From: an uncultured bacterium
GTDB taxonomy: Bacteria > UBA8481
Length of the DNA: 64,000 bases
Assembly (NCBI GenBank): GCA_964548165.1
Contig: CAZJQD010000019.1
Coordinates: 91 to 64,090 of the forward strand
Direction of reading: 5' to 3'
The translations under genes were made by a program, and so were the position numbers. The notes below the pieces were generated by a model, which was not told where the DNA came from, did not search any database, and saw nothing but the letters and a program-made list of their open reading frames with translations. Within the stretch, counting starts at the first letter, position 1. Each line of letters starts with the position of its first letter. Of this stretch, positions 1 to 14,760 are shown in pieces.

Positions 1-1
1 G

Positions 2-1603
<1,602 letters not shown>

Positions 1604-1613
1604 GAGGCCGGCC

Positions 1614-3038
1614 ATGGGAGATCCCAGGGGATTCATGACGAGAAGCAGGAAGACCGCCTCCAAGCTTTCCGTCGCCGAGCGCGTCAAGAACTGGAACGAA
1701 TTCGAGATCCCGCTTCCCGAGGACGAGCTCAAGACGCAGGGCTCGCGCTGCATGGACTGCGGCGTCCCGTTCTGCCACTCCGGCTGCCCGCTCGGGAACC
1801 TCATCCCCGAGTGGAACGACCTCGTGTACCGCGGGAGGTGGAAGGACGCCATCCAGTCGCTGCACAGCACGAACAACTTCCCCGAGTTCACGGGCCGCGT
1901 CTGCCCCGCCCCCTGCGAGACCTCGTGCGTCCTCGGGATCAACGAGCCCGCGGTTGCCATCAAGCAGATCGAGGTCTCGATCATCGACCGCGCCTTCCAG
2001 GAGGGCTGGATCGTCGCCGAGCCGCCGCCGGTGCGAACGGGCAAGCACGTCGCCGTCATCGGCTCCGGCCCCGCCGGACTGGCCGCCGCGGCTGAGCTCA
2101 ACAAGGCCGGGCACACGGTGACGGTCTTCGAGCGCGCCGACCGGATCGGCGGACTCCTCGCCTACGGCATTCCCGACTTCAAGCTGGAAAAGTCCGTCGT
2201 CCAGCGCCTCGTCGACCTCCTGGCCGCCGATGGCGTCCATTTCCGCACCAACGCCAACGTGGGCGTCAACGTCACCATCGACGAGATCCGCGCCAACCAC
2301 CACGCCATCTGCCTCGCCGGCGGCGCCACCAAGGCTCGCGACCTCGCGATCCCCGGACGCGAGCTCTCCGGCATCGTCCAGGCCATGCGCTTCCTCCCCC
2401 AGCAGAACCGCCGCGTCGCCGGCCTGCCGGTCCCGGACGCGGAGTCGGTGCTGGCGACGGGAAAGAACGTGGTCGTCATCGGCGGCGGCGATACCGGCTC
2501 GGACTGCGTCGGAACCTCGATCCGCCAGGGCGCCAGGTCGGTCACCCAGATCGAGATCATGCCCAAGCCCCCGAAAAGGCGCACCGCCGACTTCCCCTGG
2601 CCCAATTGGCCCATGATCCTCCGCACGTCGACGTCCCACGAGGAAGGCTGCAACCGCGACTGGGCGATCAACACGAAGGCCTTCGAGGGAGAAGGCGGCG
2701 CCGTCAAGAGGTTGCGTTGCGTCCGCACCGAGTGGAAGAAGGACGCCGACGGCCGGCACAAGATGAACGAGGTTTCGGGCAGCGAGTTCACGATCGAGAC
2801 CGATCTCGTCCTCCTGGCGATGGGCTTCACCGGCCCCGAGCCCGACGGCATGCTCAAGCAGCTCGGTGTCGCCCTCGATAATCGCGGCAATGTCGCCACC
2901 GACGCCGGCATGGCCACAACCGTCCCGGGCGTCTTCGCCTGCGGCGATATGCGGCGCGGCCAGTCGCTCGTCGTCTGGGCCATCGCCGAGGGCCGCCGCT
3001 GCGCGGCCGAGATCAACAAGCACCTCGCCGCCGACTGA
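1614..3038 (+). CDS. gltD: glutamate synthase small (NADPH) subunit
   Basis: ATG 1614 sits 6 nt after AGGAGG (1602-1607). Cys clusters CMDCGVPFCHSGCPLGN and CPAPCETSC are present, with two Rossmann motifs (VAVIGSGPAGLAAA, VVVIGGGDTGSDC). The ORF-track start at 1560 would overlap gltB and is not used. Confidence 0.93.
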   Translation: MGDPRGFMTRSRKTASKLSVAERVKNWNEFEIPLPEDELKTQGSRCMDCGVPFCHSGCPLGNLIPEWNDLVYRGRWKDAIQSLHSTNNFPEFTGRVCPAPCETSCVLGINEPAVAIKQIEVSIIDRAFQEGWIVAEPPPVRTGKHVAVIGSGPAGLAAAAELNKAGHTVTVFERADRIGGLLAYGIPDFKLEKSVVQRLVDLLAADGVHFRTNANVGVNVTIDEIRANHHAICLAGGATKARDLAIPGRELSGIVQAMRFLPQQNRRVAGLPVPDAESVLATGKNVVVIGGGDTGSDCVGTSIRQGARSVTQIEIMPKPPKRRTADFPWPNWPMILRTSTSHEEGCNRDWAINTKAFEGEGGAVKRLRCVRTEWKKDADGRHKMNEVSGSEFTIETDLVLLAMGFTGPEPDGMLKQLGVALDNRGNVATDAGMATTVPGVFACGDMRRGQSLVVWAIAEGRRCAAEINKHLAAD

Positions 3039-3205
3039 ACCTCTCCGCCCTGCCCCTGGTATCCACAGCCGCGACGGCCCCGGGCATTTTTGAGCTGTAA
3101 TCGCACATTATTGACCTTAATGAACTTGAGCGCGTGCGCGGGTCGGGCTAGATTGAATTCCCGGCCCGGCGCGCGTCGCGCGCGGGTCAAATCGATGCGA
3201 GGTGA

Positions 3206-7233
<4,028 letters not shown>

Positions 7234-7282
7234 CATCACCCACGGTTCAGCCGGCCCCCTGTCGCTCGCAAGCAATTCACTC

Positions 7283-7311
7283 TTGTAAGCGCTTACCCTG
7301 CCTCTTATATT
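7283..7311 (+). promoter_or_regulatory. sigma-70-type promoter TTGTAA-N17-TATATT, with the -10 box ending 6 nt before ATG 7318 (leaderless transcript predicted)
   Basis: TTGTAA at 7283-7288, a 17-nt spacer, TATATT at 7306-7311. No Shine-Dalgarno sequence lies between the -10 box and the ATG. Confidence 0.45.
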
Positions 7312-7317
7312 CCGTAC

Positions 7318-9627
7318 ATGAGCCCTACCCGCCCCGCGTCACGCGCTCGCCTTTCCACGCTCCTCGCCCTCATCGTGCTCCTGGTCGGTTGTGGGAGCTC
7401 CAACCTGCCCGCCCAGGACCTTGCGCCCTGGTTCGTGGCCGCGAGTTCATCCACGAGCGAGAGCCGGTACTTGACCGGGGAGTTCGCGTTCGACGGCGAC
7501 CTCAAGTCGCGCTGGGCATCCGCCTTCCAGGATAACCAGGTGCTGATCGGCACGCTCGCCGTGCCCGCCGCGATCGACCGGATCGAGCTCACCTGGGAGT
7601 CTGCCTGCGCCACCGACTACGACGTCGCTCTCTCCGAGGACGGGACCACCTGGACGACCGTGGCCGCCCGGCGCGGCGCTCCCGGCGGCCTCGATACGAT
7701 CACCCTGCCCAATCCCATCCTGGCCCGGCATGTCCGCGTCCACGCCATCAAGCGCAAGACCGAGTGGGGCAACTCGATCTTCGAGGTGCGCCTGCACGGA
7801 GCCCCGACCGGCCCGGCGCCGGCTCGCTCGCTCGCGGGTTTCGAGGCGCCGCCGACCGAGTGGGACAAGCGTTGCCGCGAGATTCGCGACCGCCTGATGG
7901 CCCAGGCCGCGGCTGACCCGAAGACGTCCGCCGGGATGACCGACGACCAGTTCCTCGAGCTTGTCTCGCGCCGCGCTTTCGATTTCTTCTGGTACGAGAC
8001 CAACCCCGAGAACGGGCTCACGATCGACCAGACTGAAAACTTCCGGTCCAGCGAGCGCCACCGCACGGCCTCCATCGCCAGCGTCGGGTACGCCCTCTCC
8101 GCCTACGTCATCGGCGCCAACCGCGGCTGGGTCACGCGCGACGAGGCCCGCGAGCGCATCCTCGTGACGCTGAAGTTCCTCGCCGGCGGTGGCACTCCGC
8201 ATAATCGCGGCTTCTTCTACCACTTCCTCGACCTCTTCACCGGCAAGCCCGACGAGGGCACCGAGCTCTCGTCCATCGACTCCGCGCTCTTCCTCTCGGG
8301 CCTCATCACCGCCGTCGAGGAATTCCGATCGGATTCCGAGATCGCCACGATCGGCGACGAGCTCATCGAGCGCGTCGACTGGAAGTGGATGCTCAACGGT
8401 CACCCCCACTTCCCCGCACACGGCGTCGGCGCCAACGGCCAGTTCCTGAACTCGCGCTGGGGCTCCACGACCGAGGGCATGCTCTGCTACATCCTCGGCA
8501 TCGGCGCTCCCACCCACGCCATGCCCGCCGAGGCCTGGAAGGCCTACGACCGGCATTCGGAGGAGTACAAGGGCTACCGCCTCGTCGTCGAGTACGGCGG
8601 GCAGTCGATCTTCCGGTTCCAATATCCCTGTCTCTGGTACGACTTCCGAAACCGCCACGACGGCGTGATGGACTACTTCGAGAATGGCATCGAGGCCACC
8701 CTGGCGATGCGCCAATACTGCCTTGATCTCTCGCCCTCCTTCCCCCGCTCCTACGGGCCCAGCCTCTGGGGACTCGGAGCCGCCAACGGTCCCCAGGACA
8801 TCTACCGCATCTACGGCTTCCCTCCGGGCCGCCCCGAATATGCCGCGGACGGCACCGTGGTCGTCTACGCGATCGCCGGCTCCCTGCCCTTCGTCCCCGA
8901 GCTTGCCATCCCGGCGCTCCGTTACCTCTACGACCACCACCACGAGTCCTGGGGCAAGTACGGCTTCACGGATGCCGTCAACCCGCAGCTCGGGATCGTC
9001 ACCGAGCGCGTCATCGGGCTTGACCAGGGCACCATGCTCATCGCCATCGAGAACTACCGCTCCGGGCTCGTCTGGGATCGCTTCATGCGTTCCCGTGTCG
9101 CCAAGAAGTTCTCAGCCGCCGTGGGTTGGACCATGAAACCCGATCCGAACGCGCCGCATGCCCCCGTCAACCTGGCCGGGAGCTGGCAGTTGGCCACCAG
9201 TGACGCGGTCCAGAACGTGACCGCCGAGGGCTCCATCCCCGGCGCTCGAACCGTCATCGCGCCCGATCGATGGGATAACCAGGACACGGCGCTCGGCACC
9301 TGGGACGGGGTGGCCACGTACGCGCGCGCCTTCACCGTCGAGGACACCCGGCTCGCGGCCTGGCGAGGTGCCCCCCTCGTCTTCCATGCTGGCGGTATCG
9401 ACGACATCGACGAGGTCTTCGTCAATGGACAATCCATCGGCTCGACCACGGCCAGCGACGCCTGGAACAAGGAGCGCGTGTATGCGGTTCCGTCGGGCTT
9501 GCTCAAGCCGGGCCGCAATATCATCACCGTCCGCGTAAAGGATTCGGGTGGTTACGGCGGCCTCTGGCGGCGCCCCCTGAGGATCGGACCTCATATCCCC
9601 GCGGAGTTTCAGCCCATCCGGCGCTAA
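7318..9627 (+). CDS. secreted lipoprotein glycoside hydrolase: F5/8 type C (discoidin) domain, glucoamylase-like/GH144-like (alpha/alpha)6 domain and a C-terminal galactose-binding-like domain
   Basis: Signal peptide with lipobox LLVGC. A discoidin-like N-domain is present (YLTGEFAFDGDLKSRWAS...IFEVRLHG). The central region (FDFFWYETNPENGLTIDQ...ASVGYALSAY) is typical of putative glucoamylase / endo-beta-1,2-glucanase-like proteins. The C-terminus resembles a GH2-type sugar-binding domain (EVFVNGQSIG). Confidence 0.75.
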   Translation: MSPTRPASRARLSTLLALIVLLVGCGSSNLPAQDLAPWFVAASSSTSESRYLTGEFAFDGDLKSRWASAFQDNQVLIGTLAVPAAIDRIELTWESACATDYDVALSEDGTTWTTVAARRGAPGGLDTITLPNPILARHVRVHAIKRKTEWGNSIFEVRLHGAPTGPAPARSLAGFEAPPTEWDKRCREIRDRLMAQAAADPKTSAGMTDDQFLELVSRRAFDFFWYETNPENGLTIDQTENFRSSERHRTASIASVGYALSAYVIGANRGWVTRDEARERILVTLKFLAGGGTPHNRGFFYHFLDLFTGKPDEGTELSSIDSALFLSGLITAVEEFRSDSEIATIGDELIERVDWKWMLNGHPHFPAHGVGANGQFLNSRWGSTTEGMLCYILGIGAPTHAMPAEAWKAYDRHSEEYKGYRLVVEYGGQSIFRFQYPCLWYDFRNRHDGVMDYFENGIEATLAMRQYCLDLSPSFPRSYGPSLWGLGAANGPQDIYRIYGFPPGRPEYAADGTVVVYAIAGSLPFVPELAIPALRYLYDHHHESWGKYGFTDAVNPQLGIVTERVIGLDQGTMLIAIENYRSGLVWDRFMRSRVAKKFSAAVGWTMKPDPNAPHAPVNLAGSWQLATSDAVQNVTAEGSIPGARTVIAPDRWDNQDTALGTWDGVATYARAFTVEDTRLAAWRGAPLVFHAGGIDDIDEVFVNGQSIGSTTASDAWNKERVYAVPSGLLKPGRNIITVRVKDSGGYGGLWRRPLRIGPHIPAEFQPIRR

Positions 9628-9824
9628 TGCGAACCGGGAACATACCCATCGCTTCACATCATGGAGTCATGCTCGCCAAGGCGGAAATCCAGCACGCCGT
9701 AGGCGCCTGAACCAGGAATTTTTCGCTTTCGCGGGAAGGACGATTGGCATGGTTCCGGTGCGAATGAGATAGCGATGCAAAATCGCTGAAACCGGCTCGA
9801 CGGGTTGCTTTTACGGATGTCGCG

Positions 9825-10262
9825 GTGCTATTAATGATCATGGATTTGGCCACCGGATCGAAGGGCGACGGCCCTTCCATGATGTCCGCCTGTCCCGTCG
9901 ATGGGCAGGGTGAGCCCTTGGAGGCCGAACGCCTCGGAGTCATCATCCGTCTCGATCGATCCCCGGATGGGAATCCGGACCGCGATCTCATCCACATAGC
10001 CGACGGCCAAGGAGGGCTTCTCATCTTACCCGTTTCTGGCGTCTGCCCCTGCCTCGATGCTCTCTTGAATATCGTCGGCCACCGCGTCAGCGAGCTCCCT
10101 GACTCCGTCCGGACCGTCTACGGCTATTGCCGCGACAACCAATACAAGCTCTGCCCCCGCTTCCCCGCCCTCTGTACGCGCCCCGCCTACCTCGAGCACT
10201 TGCGCCAACACCTCGAGAAGAACCCCACCATCCGCGATCTCCTGACCGACCTTCCCCTCTAG
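9825..10262 (+). CDS. hypothetical Cys-containing protein (coding status uncertain)
   Basis: Only an open frame with moderate GC3 bias. There is no recognisable domain and no Shine-Dalgarno sequence at GTG 9825, ATG 9834 or ATG 9840. It lies in an otherwise ORF-poor 800-bp gap. Confidence 0.25.
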   Translation: MLLMIMDLATGSKGDGPSMMSACPVDGQGEPLEAERLGVIIRLDRSPDGNPDRDLIHIADGQGGLLILPVSGVCPCLDALLNIVGHRVSELPDSVRTVYGYCRDNQYKLCPRFPALCTRPAYLEHLRQHLEKNPTIRDLLTDLPL

Positions 10263-10266
10263 GACA

Positions 10267-10370
10267 CTCCTCCTCTCCCCCCTGCTGTGCCCCTGTCTTC
10301 ATCCATCCACTTTCCTCTTTGTTCCTTCATCCTTCCATCTTCCTCCTTCCATCTTCTCCCTTCCTCCCCT
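10267..10370 (+). repeat. 104-nt polypyrimidine (CT-rich) tract containing a 12-mer direct repeat
   Basis: By my count only 11 purines occur in 104 nt on the + strand. CCTTCCATCTTC occurs at 10331-10342 and 10345-10356. The tract ends about 70 nt upstream of the Mo-enzyme operon start. Confidence 0.9.
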
Positions 10371-10438
10371 AGATTTATCAGCCGTAGCGACGGTGTCGTA
10401 AAGCTTATCGCGCCGGCTCATGTTCCAGGAGGTCCTGC

Positions 10439-11275
10439 ATGCTACCCAATGTCCGGAACTACTACCGTCCCCGTGAGGTATCCGAGGCCGTCAAGCTCCT
10501 CGCCGCGTCGGACGCCCGCAATATCGTCCTGGGCGGTGGCACCAGCCTCGCGCTCTCCGCGGTTCCGGGCGTGGATGGGCTCGTCGACCTTCGCGACGTC
10601 GGTCTCAACCACCTCCGCGTCGAGAAGAACATCGTCGTCCTTGGCGCGAGGACCCGCCCGAACGATCTCATCCGCTTTGACGGCCTCCAGCTCGTGGCCG
10701 ACGGCATCGTCGCCCAGGCCGCCGGCAACTACCTCGCGGAGGTCCAGCGCAACCGCGCCTCGCTCGGCGGCATCCTCATCACCTCCGCCGCCTGGGCCGA
10801 CATCGCCACCGCGCTCCTCGCAACCGGCGGCGAGATCGTCGTCGCCACGCAGGAAGGCGACCAGACCCACACGGTCGACGCCTTCTTCAAGATTGGCCCC
10901 GGCAAGGTCGCCGGCCGCGCCGTCATCCGGGAGCTTCGTCTCCCGTCCGGAGGGCTCGGCGGCTACCAGAGAATCGCCAAGACCGAGACCGACGCCTCGA
11001 TCGTCAGCGTCGCGGCCCGGATCGATATGGCGGGCGGCAAGGTCGCGACCGCGCGCGTCGCCGTCGGCGGCGTCGGCGCCGTGCCCGTCCGCCTCGACGC
11101 CGTAGAACAGCATCTCGTCGGCTCCCCGCTCACCGCGGCGGCCGCCGAGGCGGCATCCGCGAAGGTCGCGGTCGACCCGATCTCGGACTTCCGGGCGTCG
11201 GACGAGTATCGCCGGGATCTCACGCGCGTCCTCACCAGGCGCGTTCTGGAGGGGATTGCCGGGAAACAGGCCTGA
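10439..11275 (+). CDS. xanthine dehydrogenase family, FAD-binding (medium) subunit
   Basis: AGGAGG lies upstream of the ATG. A molybdopterin-dehydrogenase FAD-binding domain is present (NIVLGGGTSLA...LVDLRDV) with a CO-dehydrogenase flavoprotein C-terminal domain (SDFRASDEYRRDL). Confidence 0.88.
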   Translation: MLPNVRNYYRPREVSEAVKLLAASDARNIVLGGGTSLALSAVPGVDGLVDLRDVGLNHLRVEKNIVVLGARTRPNDLIRFDGLQLVADGIVAQAAGNYLAEVQRNRASLGGILITSAAWADIATALLATGGEIVVATQEGDQTHTVDAFFKIGPGKVAGRAVIRELRLPSGGLGGYQRIAKTETDASIVSVAARIDMAGGKVATARVAVGGVGAVPVRLDAVEQHLVGSPLTAAAAEAASAKVAVDPISDFRASDEYRRDLTRVLTRRVLEGIAGKQA

Positions 11276-11281
11276 GCCTCG

Positions 11282-11590
11282 GTGAAGGTCCTCTTCACCT
11301 TCAACGGCGAAGCTGCCGCGTGGGAGGCCCATCCCGGGGAGACGCTCTTCGAGGTTCTCAAGCGCGAAGGGCATTACATGACCAAGCGTGGATGCAGCAC
11401 CGGCGACTGCGGTGTCTGCATCGTCACGATTGATGGAGAGAATGTCCACTCCTGCCAGGTCTTCGCGGGCAGCGTGGAAGGGCAGTCCGTCTGCAGCCTG
11501 GACGGCATAGTGTATCGGGATCGCAAGACGGGCGACGTGGTCGTGAAACCGGCCCCCGCCCGCTCAAATCCGCCTTCCGCCGGCGTCTGA
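11282..11590 (+). CDS. short [2Fe-2S] ferredoxin-like protein (N-terminal half only of a Mo-enzyme small subunit)
   Basis: GTG start. It is a close paralog of the next gene over about 75 aa, including the Cys ligands in RGCSTGDCGVC...SC, but it lacks the second (CGFC...CRC) cluster domain and ends in an unrelated 26-aa tail. Confidence 0.6.
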   Translation: MKVLFTFNGEAAAWEAHPGETLFEVLKREGHYMTKRGCSTGDCGVCIVTIDGENVHSCQVFAGSVEGQSVCSLDGIVYRDRKTGDVVVKPAPARSNPPSAGV

Positions 11591-11624
11591 CCACGCCGCG
11601 GATCGTGTGAAGAGGCAGGGAGAG

Positions 11625-12134
11625 ATGATGAAAGTATCACTGACGTTCAACGGGAAACCGACGACCTGGGAAGTGCCCGCGGGCGAGGTGCTGATCGAGA
11701 CGCTCCGGCGGCTCGGGTGGTACGGCACCAAGCGCGGGTGCAACACCGGCGATTGCGGCACCTGTACGGTCCGCATCGACGGCGACGCCGTCAACGCCTG
11801 CCAGGTCTTCACCGCCTCCCTGGAGGGCCAGTCTCTCCAGACGATCGAGGGCCTCTCCTCGCGTACCGAGGAAGGCGGCCTCCATCTCCACCCCGTCCAG
11901 GAACACTTCGTCAACGCGGCCGCCGTCCAGTGCGGCTTCTGCATCCCCGGCATGATCATGTCCGCTGTCGCTCTCCTCGAGACCAACCCGTCGCCGTCCC
12001 GGGACGAGGTCTGCCGCGCCCTCGACGGCAACCTCTGCCGCTGCACCGGCTACGTGAAGATATTCGACGCGGTCGACGCCGCCGCGAAAGCGGTCGCCTC
12101 CTCGGCGACCGCCCGGAAGGAGGTGGCCCGATGA
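11625..12134 (+). CDS. xanthine dehydrogenase family, [2Fe-2S] small subunit
   Basis: Both cluster motifs are present (RGCNTGDCGTC...AC and QCGFCIPGM...NLCRCTGY). ATG 11625 or 11628 follows GGGAG. The stop overlaps the next start (ATGA at 12131-12134). Confidence 0.9.
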   Translation: MMKVSLTFNGKPTTWEVPAGEVLIETLRRLGWYGTKRGCNTGDCGTCTVRIDGDAVNACQVFTASLEGQSLQTIEGLSSRTEEGGLHLHPVQEHFVNAAAVQCGFCIPGMIMSAVALLETNPSPSRDEVCRALDGNLCRCTGYVKIFDAVDAAAKAVASSATARKEVAR

Positions 12135-14569
12135 GCCACTCGACGTTCCGCCCCGAGTTCCCGCCCGAGAAGGCCGAGCCGATCACGCTCGACCCGAAGA
12201 CCTTCAAGCAGGTCAATCACAGCGTCGCCAAGGTCGACGGCCCCGGCCTTGCCGCCGGTCGCCCCGCCTACGTCGACGACTTCACCCTCCCCCACATGCT
12301 CTTCGCCAAGATCCTCGCCTCGCCCCACGCCCACGCCCGCATCAAGGCCATCGACGTCACCGCGGCGGAGTCAATCCCCGGCGTCGTCTGCATCCTCGTG
12401 CCGCCGTCTCCGGTCACCATCACGGCCGGCAAGGAAGGCTCCGTCACCCACCGCGTCCCGCGCGTCACCCACACGACCGCGGGCCAGGGATACCCCGAGC
12501 CCTCCCCCTACGACTCTGTCCTCCTCGACTGCAAGGTTCGTTTCGTCGGCGACAAGGTCGCCGTCATCGCGGCCGAGGACGAGCGAACAGCGAGCGAAGC
12601 GGCGCGCAAGATCAAGGTCGAGTACGAAGTGCTCGAACCCGTCTTCGACGCCGAGGCCACCATGGAGCCCGGGGCCCCGGTCATCCACGACCAGGCCGAC
12701 TTCAGCGGCGTCATCGGTTCCGACGTCACGAAGAACATCGCCTGCGAGCTCCTGGCCGAACTGCCGGACGCCAAGACCGTCGAGGCCGCCTTCAAGGAGT
12801 GCGACGTCGTCGTCGAGGGCCGATTCGACCTCGGCTACGCCCAGCACTGCGCCATCGAGCCCCACTCGTCGATCTCGTACCTCGACGAGAACCACCGTCT
12901 CGTCGTCCGCACGACCACCCAGGTGCCGTGGCACGCCCGCCGCATCACAGCCCGCGTCCTGCAGATCCCCGAGCGTCAGGTCCGGATCATCAAGCCCCGG
13001 ATCGGCGGCGGTTTCGGATCGAAGCAGGAGGTCATCCTCGAGTACATCGTCGGCGCGGTGACGCTCCGCACCGGCCGCCCCTGCCGCTTCGTCATGACGC
13101 GCAGCGAGGTTTTCGTCTTCTCCCGGACGCGCCACCCCTTCATCGTGAAGTACCGCATCGGCGCAAAGAAGGACGGCATGATCCACGCCATCGACATGGA
13201 CGCCATCCAGAACACGGGCGCCTACGGCTCGCACGCCCTGACCGTCCTCTCCTGCGCCGGCTCCAAGTCCCTCCCGCTCTACAACAAGACCAAGGGTGTC
13301 CGCTTCCGCGGCCGCTCCGTCTACACCAACGGTCCCGTTGGTGGCGCCTACCGCGGCTATGGCGGAACCCAGGCGGCCTACGCCATCGAGGTCCTCGTCG
13401 ACGAGATCGCCCGCAAGCTGGGCATGGACGCCTGCGAGATCCGGCTCAAGAACCACATCAAGGAGGGCGAGACGTCGCCCGTCTTCGCCGCGCTCGGCGA
13501 GGGCAAGGAAGGCACCGCCCAGACCCTCCGCTCCGTCAAGCTCGAGGCGTGCATCAAGGAAGGCATGAAGCGGATCGGCTGGGCCGAGAAGCGCGGCAAG
13601 AGAACGCGGAACGGCTCCAAGGTCCGCGGCATCGGCATGTGCGCGCTCATGCAGGGCTCGGGAATTCCCGACATCGACATGGGCTCGGCCTTCATCAAGA
13701 TGAACGAGGACGGTTCGTTCAACCTCCTGGTCGGCGCCACCGACCTCGGCACCGGTTCCGACACCATCTTCTCGCAGATCGCCTCCGAGGTCCTGACGGT
13801 GCCGCACCACAAGGTCATCGTCACCTCGTCCGACACCGACACGACACCCTTCGACGTCGGCGCCTACGCCAGCTCCACGACCTACATCACCGGCAACGCC
13901 GTCAAGCGCGCGGCCCAGAGGCTCCGCGACGAGATCATCGCCATCGCCGCGGAGATGCTGACGTCCGACCCGAAGGACCTCGAGGCCCGCGACGGCTTCG
14001 TCGTCTCTAAGGACGGCAAGCGCAAGGCCAGCTTCGAGCAGATTGCGCTCCGCTCGCTCTACGGCCAGAACCAGCGCCAGCCCATGGCGCACGGATCCAA
14101 TTTCTCCTCGGAGTCTCCTCCCCCGTTCGCCGCGCACTTCGTCGAGATCGAGGTCGACACCGAGACCGGGTTCCTGGAGATCCTCAAGTACGTCGCCTGC
14201 TGCGACTGCGGCACGGCCATCCACCCGAAGCTGGCCGAGGGCCAGGTCGAGGGCGCCGTAGCCAACGGCATCTCGTACGCGCTCACCGAGCAATACATCT
14301 TCGACGAGAAGGGCCGCATGCTGAACAGCTCCTTCAGTGACTTCAAGATCTGCTCGACCCGCGATATCCCCCCGATCGAATCCTGGCTGGCTCCGTCCTA
14401 CGAGCCCACCGGGCCGTTCGGCGCCAAGTCGGTCTCCGAGATCAACATCAACGGAGCCTGCCCGGCCATCGCCAACGCCCTCTACGACGCCTGTGGAATC
14501 ACCCTCACGAGAATCCCCTTCACCCCCGAGGTCATCCTCAAGGCGCTGAAGGAACAGGCGAAGAAGTAA
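12131..14569 (+). CDS. xanthine dehydrogenase / aldehyde oxidase family, molybdopterin-binding large subunit
   Basis: 812 aa with an Ald_Xan_dh a/b-hammerhead domain and molybdopterin domains (GGGFGSK, GAYRGYG, GQVEGA). It is translationally coupled to the small subunit. Confidence 0.92.
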   Translation: MSHSTFRPEFPPEKAEPITLDPKTFKQVNHSVAKVDGPGLAAGRPAYVDDFTLPHMLFAKILASPHAHARIKAIDVTAAESIPGVVCILVPPSPVTITAGKEGSVTHRVPRVTHTTAGQGYPEPSPYDSVLLDCKVRFVGDKVAVIAAEDERTASEAARKIKVEYEVLEPVFDAEATMEPGAPVIHDQADFSGVIGSDVTKNIACELLAELPDAKTVEAAFKECDVVVEGRFDLGYAQHCAIEPHSSISYLDENHRLVVRTTTQVPWHARRITARVLQIPERQVRIIKPRIGGGFGSKQEVILEYIVGAVTLRTGRPCRFVMTRSEVFVFSRTRHPFIVKYRIGAKKDGMIHAIDMDAIQNTGAYGSHALTVLSCAGSKSLPLYNKTKGVRFRGRSVYTNGPVGGAYRGYGGTQAAYAIEVLVDEIARKLGMDACEIRLKNHIKEGETSPVFAALGEGKEGTAQTLRSVKLEACIKEGMKRIGWAEKRGKRTRNGSKVRGIGMCALMQGSGIPDIDMGSAFIKMNEDGSFNLLVGATDLGTGSDTIFSQIASEVLTVPHHKVIVTSSDTDTTPFDVGAYASSTTYITGNAVKRAAQRLRDEIIAIAAEMLTSDPKDLEARDGFVVSKDGKRKASFEQIALRSLYGQNQRQPMAHGSNFSSESPPPFAAHFVEIEVDTETGFLEILKYVACCDCGTAIHPKLAEGQVEGAVANGISYALTEQYIFDEKGRMLNSSFSDFKICSTRDIPPIESWLAPSYEPTGPFGAKSVSEININGACPAIANALYDACGITLTRIPFTPEVILKALKEQAKK

Positions 14570-14577
14570 GGCACTCA

Positions 14578-14736
14578 CCACAGAGGCACAGAGACACGGA
14601 GAACGTCAGGATCGAGGAAAGTATCAGGACCGGGCGCAGTCATGTCCGTCGATGTCCGATCGTCGCGGCGCCCCGTTGCGGAATTCGCTTTTCGTCCTCC
14701 GGTTTTGAGCTTCTCCGTGTCTCTGTGTCTCTGTGG
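14578..14736. repeat. inverted repeat with 26-bp arms (1 mismatch) and a 107-nt spacer, filling the intergenic gap
   Basis: The left arm CCACAGAGGCACAGAGACACGGAGAA (14578-14603) is the reverse complement of the right arm TTCTCCGTGTCTCTGTGTCTCTGTGG (14711-14736) except at one position. The arms are internally repetitive (CACAGAG units). Confidence 0.9.
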
Positions 14737-14760
14737 TTCAATTGACTTGCGAGGTCTGAC

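Noticed and set aside
9628-10438. Purine/xanthine-class riboswitch upstream of the xanthine-dehydrogenase-family operon
   Set aside because: I searched both strands for the conserved purine-riboswitch core (UAUAAU...GAUAUGG...CCGUAAAU) and found only an isolated CCGUAAAA on the minus strand, without the partner elements.
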